Source: Candidatus Kapaibacterium sp. (GTDB taxonomy: Bacteria; Bacteroidota; Ignavibacteria; Palsa-1295). From it: a DNA stretch of 64,000 bases. Below are positions 60,534 through 64,000 of this stretch, piece after piece. How positions within the stretch are numbered: position 1 is the first letter of the stretch; every line of letters starts with the position of its first letter. Made by a program: the position numbers and the translations under genes. Location of the stretch: contig JBBQGG010000004.1 in assembly GCA_038322815.1 (NCBI GenBank), forward strand, positions 1,953 through 65,952, written 5' to 3'. A model generated the notes under the pieces. That model was not told the origin of the DNA, made no database searches, and saw nothing but the letters and a program-made list of their open reading frames with translations.

Positions 60534-62696
60534 TTGAAGTATTCAAAAGAAATCTTGCCCCGAAGAATATTATTATTCATCATTCAATTATTTTTTTTCG
60601 CAGCGCTCGAAGGTTCACTCCATGCGCAAATTTTTCCTGAGCGCCTCTGGTGGACACCCGGTTCGATCTCCTCGCTTCCAGGTATAGATTCCCTGTTTAC
60701 ATTAAACCCCATAAGTTACACTGCCTTTGATTTCATACACACCCTATCGCTTTATACATGGAGTTCGAGTTTACGATTATCTTCGAATACATTTATCATT
60801 GCTGATTCACTGACTCCGCATTTTTTTATCAGCGGCGAAGGGCGCTCACGGCTCCGTGAAGATACACGCGTCCGTACAAGCGAGGCAAATGCCCTCATCA
60901 ATGCGGATTACCCATTCGATGCAAAACGGAATGGATTGACAATATCTTTTTTTGGTTCAACGTACTCGCTCCGTTCTGGAACTGAGCAAGCAGTTTCGCA
61001 GCTCGGAACACTTGCAAATGTTACCGATGGATATGGTGTCCTGGGCGGAAAATATTTTCCTGCTTCGCCGATAGAAATCACCGCCGGCGCCGGCATCGCT
61101 CGCAAATCTTTCGCGATTGGAACATTCTCAGGCACGATCATTCACGCAGGAATTACAACATCTCCAATTCAGTTGTCCGATGAGAATATATTTGATGGAA
61201 GTGTGGCTCTCGATGAACGGCACTTCGGGGCTTGGAGTGTTCAATCGTTATCTGATACTCTTTTCCATGAAGTATCACGAAACGATAATATCCAAGTGCA
61301 TCTTCTTTCGAATTTCGGCGAAAGTGGAAATAACGATGCCTCTGGCGGAGTAGCTGTCAAACGCCGGGATTTTTTTTTCTCGAAAGATACGTCAGGAGTA
61401 TTAGCAAAACAAGAACGCTCAGAAGTAGATTATGAACTTCACGAAGCATTACAATACCCATTTATTAAAAGACGCCTCATCGGAAATTTTCGCATTGATA
61501 TTCTCCCGCAACAGATAACCCGTCGAACACCGAGCGTTGATATTACCTCTCTTCCGACGACAACACTTATTTCCTCTACTTTCCTGGTGCCTTCAACGAC
61601 AAACGCGCTCGACGCCGCATTTTCAGGAAGATTCGATTTTTTGCTCGGTGACGCTAGTGATGCAATACGTACCACACAACTCTCAATGGAAATAAAATTC
61701 GATGAGCGAAATGAGACTAGCGATATATTGCAGGGAGAAACCGGTACACTATCCGCACTTGCGGTAAAAAAGCTCACCGATGCCCTTGGAGCTACAAGTT
61801 TCGACGGAAAGGTAACATCACTTCAGTTTACCGCCAACCTCCCTCTAGCTGAGCGCGATGCACTAAACGCAAATTTTAGTTCGCGGATCTACCGTTACGA
61901 TACTCCAAGTACTGAGAATCATGATGATCGCGACGAACTGAATCTTGGGGGTACGCTTCAATATGATCATTTTTTTTCGTCTTCACTGGAAATGTCAAAT
62001 GAAATTCGTCTGGCAAGAAGTCATCTTGTCTATCTTGGAAGTGACAGGAGCTTACAGAATTATGTCAGTAAGACGATTGCATTCACATCACAAGTTATCT
62101 TTCGCACTCCATCTTTCCAGCATCAAATTCGCGGCGAAGTTTTTGCAAATTATTCTGTCTATGATTTTTCAGCACCTATTGCGGGTTCAACCACAGCTCG
62201 TGACTACCTAATACGTGGCGTCAATGGCTCTGATAGCATTCGAATTTCGTTGGGAAGACTACCCATTATCTGGGATGCTCTATCAGCAATCGAAGGTATT
62301 TTTGATTTACGTCTATACGAACGTGGTGCATATAATGTCGCAGCATTCACTGAGCGTCCAATTCTCCGCACATCGGAATTTTCCGGAGATTTAACCCTAA
62401 ATCTTATGGATAAAAACTCACGTTCACCGATATTAGTAAAACTTGGTGCAAGAGCATTTATTATGCGCCGGTTTGCACCGATTGCAACTTCATCACAGAC
62501 TTCACTTTCATTGCAGGAAAGTCTCGACCGAATTGGTCCGCTCCTTACTATTACGATAGACCAATTAGCGGTAAAAGGACCCAGACTGTATAGTTCGATC
62601 TGGTATAGCTTCGTCAGCCATCAAACATTTGATTCGAACACTTCTAATTCTTCAAGACAGATCGAAGCGCGATTGGCAGCACAATGGAGTTTTTAA
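60534..62696 (+). CDS. hypothetical outer-membrane protein (probable beta-barrel)
   Basis: Start guessed at TTG 60534, giving (M)KYSKEILPRRILLFIIQLFFFAALEGSLHAQ as signal peptide. The protein ends in ...RLAAQWSF (aromatic terminus). The track ORF starts at 60447, inside the previous gene. Confidence 0.55.
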   Translation: MKYSKEILPRRILLFIIQLFFFAALEGSLHAQIFPERLWWTPGSISSLPGIDSLFTLNPISYTAFDFIHTLSLYTWSSSLRLSSNTFIIADSLTPHFFISGEGRSRLREDTRVRTSEANALINADYPFDAKRNGLTISFFGSTYSLRSGTEQAVSQLGTLANVTDGYGVLGGKYFPASPIEITAGAGIARKSFAIGTFSGTIIHAGITTSPIQLSDENIFDGSVALDERHFGAWSVQSLSDTLFHEVSRNDNIQVHLLSNFGESGNNDASGGVAVKRRDFFFSKDTSGVLAKQERSEVDYELHEALQYPFIKRRLIGNFRIDILPQQITRRTPSVDITSLPTTTLISSTFLVPSTTNALDAAFSGRFDFLLGDASDAIRTTQLSMEIKFDERNETSDILQGETGTLSALAVKKLTDALGATSFDGKVTSLQFTANLPLAERDALNANFSSRIYRYDTPSTENHDDRDELNLGGTLQYDHFFSSSLEMSNEIRLARSHLVYLGSDRSLQNYVSKTIAFTSQVIFRTPSFQHQIRGEVFANYSVYDFSAPIAGSTTARDYLIRGVNGSDSIRISLGRLPIIWDALSAIEGIFDLRLYERGAYNVAAFTERPILRTSEFSGDLTLNLMDKNSRSPILVKLGARAFIMRRFAPIATSSQTSLSLQESLDRIGPLLTITIDQLAVKGPRLYSSIWYSFVSHQTFDSNTSNSSRQIEARLAAQWSF

Positions 62697-62697
62697 A

Positions 62698-62919
62698 TTA
62701 CTTTATCTCTTCAAATTCCGCATCCTGAATTTCCTTCTGTTCAATGTGTTTACTGTTTTTTTTCGTTGAAGCCGAAGTAAATTCCGAGCTTTGCGCAGTC
62801 CTTGTTTGATTATTAGGTTTCCTCTTTCCGCTTATCCCTTCAATAAATGGCCTGATTAGTCTGCGATAGATCGTTAATAGGGCAAAGAAGAGAATAAATA
62901 ATTCAATAAAGATCCGCAT
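62698..62919 (-). CDS. small membrane protein, DUF4834-like
   Basis: One N-terminal TM helix, a polar tail and the C-terminus ...QDAEFEEIK, as in Bacteroidota DUF4834 proteins (from memory). Confidence 0.45.
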   Translation of the reverse strand: MRIFIELFILFFALLTIYRRLIRPFIEGISGKRKPNNQTRTAQSSEFTSASTKKNSKHIEQKEIQDAEFEEIK

Positions 62920-62928
62920 GAGCGCAGG

Positions 62929-63654
62929 TTAGTTATTAATTAATTCAAAAAATGGTTCGCCTTTTGAAAGATATTCTACCGGTGGATACGGACTGCGCAA
63001 GATCGTACTTACAAGTCTTTGAAAATGTTCAGGCATCCGCAAGAAGTCAAAGTCGTCACAGCTTGCAACGATCAGGCGTGTATCACGGTAGTGAAAGAAA
63101 AAATCGTTATAGGCACTGACGATCTGCTCCAGATATTCGCGGTTCATATTTTTTTCAAAGTTACGTCCGCGTTTTTTTATGTTTTGCTGCAGCAAACTTA
63201 CACTTCCCTGCAAATAGATCACGACATCCGGCATCGGCACCGTTTTATCTAATGCAGAAGTCACCTCTTCATAAAGCTTTAACTCGTCCCGAGTCAGGTT
63301 TACCTCGGCAAAAATCCGGTCTTTTGAAAAAAGATAATCGCTGACGCAGCTCTCATAGAAAAGATCGGTATGGATAAGCTCCTGCTGCTGTCTGTAGCGC
63401 GAAAGTAAAAAGAAAAGCTGGGTCTGAAACGCAGTACGGCGACGATCGTCATAAAATGTTTGCAGGAATGGATTTTCTTCATAGCGTTCTAAAATCAAAC
63501 GTGCTCTAAAGTGGTGGGCAAGCATATCTGCAAGAGTTGATTTCCCAACGCCAATAGGACCTTCAACAGCTATATAACGAATAGGCAGCACTTCCTGCTT
63601 CATAGAGCGGGATAGTGCATATGCGACGTCATTTGTTACTGACATTTTATTCAC
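62929..63654 (-). CDS. deoxynucleoside kinase
   Basis: IAVEGPIGVGKSTLADML (P-loop), ERYEENPFLQTFYDD, and an RxxRxxE-like lid (IKKRGRNFE). Confidence 0.8.
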   Translation of the reverse strand: MNKMSVTNDVAYALSRSMKQEVLPIRYIAVEGPIGVGKSTLADMLAHHFRARLILERYEENPFLQTFYDDRRRTAFQTQLFFLLSRYRQQQELIHTDLFYESCVSDYLFSKDRIFAEVNLTRDELKLYEEVTSALDKTVPMPDVVIYLQGSVSLLQQNIKKRGRNFEKNMNREYLEQIVSAYNDFFFHYRDTRLIVASCDDFDFLRMPEHFQRLVSTILRSPYPPVEYLSKGEPFFELINN

Positions 63655-64000
63655 GCGTTGACCAAGTGAATGCTATTTTTATCGTAATGAAATTGCTCTA
63701 AAAGCGATGCAATATTTTTTTTCAGTACTGGATGAATAAAATCAGCAGCAATCTCATTCATCGGTACAAGTACAAAACTCCTGTTTTGCAACTCTTTATG
63801 CGGCACGGTTAATGATGGTGAATCCATAACAACATCATCATAAAATAAAATATCAAAGTCTATTTCGCGCTCATGCCACCTTTCACGCTCTGAACGGCCC
63901 AATTCACTTTCCAGAATTTTTAAAGAGCGATGCAATGGCTCAAGTTCTAACTCTGTTTGCACAAGAATAACAGTGTTAAGAAAATCTGCCTGTTCCGCAT
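63651..64000 (-). CDS. folK: 2-amino-4-hydroxy-6-hydroxymethyldihydropteridine diphosphokinase, C-terminal part (N-terminus outside the window)
   Basis: ...ADFLNTVILVQTEL...LGRSERERWHEREIDFDILFYDD...LTVPHKELQNRSFVLVPMNEI...HP. The frame stays open to base 64000. Its stop overlaps the dNK start by 4 nt. Confidence 0.8.
   Translation of the reverse strand, partial: AEQADFLNTVILVQTELELEPLHRSLKILESELGRSERERWHEREIDFDILFYDDVVMDSPSLTVPHKELQNRSFVLVPMNEIAADFIHPVLKKNIASLLEQFHYDKNSIHLVNA

Overview
This is 64 kb of chromosomal DNA, most likely from an FCB-superphylum bacterium (Ignavibacteria/Bacteroidota-like). The taxonomic guess is inference. It rests on many proteins ending in T9SS type-A sorting domains, a TonB-dependent receptor + DUF4249 pair, and DUF2723/YfhO envelope enzymes. 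I count about 55 protein genes, mostly on the minus strand, and one tRNA-Ser(GCU).

Main blocks:
1. 0.2-5.1 kb: housekeeping genes (rnhA, a four-helix-bundle cassette, a penicillin-acylase-family Ntn hydrolase, trmD, lipB).
2. 5.2-13.8 kb: three large T9SS-secreted repeat proteins.
3. 14.1-23.7 kb: folP plus a complete iscR-iscS-iscU-iscA-hscB-hscA-fdx-iscX operon. The operon carries extra genes (an unknown 164-aa protein, a GmhA-like SIS protein, a Lon-N-domain protein, a 37-aa basic peptide). Its intergenic spacers are filled with palindromic repeats.
4. 23.7-28.3 kb: a small accessory/defence island with a type II R-M system, a signal-less trypsin-like protease, hicB plus an amber-mutated hicA, orphan antitoxin-like genes and local duplications.
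5. 28.3-42.1 kb: an envelope glycosylation cluster (GT9, YfhO, GT2, two DUF2723 GT-C paralogues). Two adjacent genes each carry a 99-bp palindromic element inserted in frame.
6. 42.4-48.7 kb: marR, gene remnants, hemW, lepB, lepA and a frameshifted TolB-like gene.
7. 48.9-64 kb: a second giant T9SS protein, murA (active-site Cys replaced by Asp), miaB, a lipoprotein with the peptidylglycine-monooxygenase copper-ligand pattern, a TonB receptor/DUF4249/outer-membrane trio, a deoxynucleoside kinase and folK.

No CRISPR array, rRNA, transposase or integrase was seen. All family assignments come from motifs read by eye. No database search was possible.
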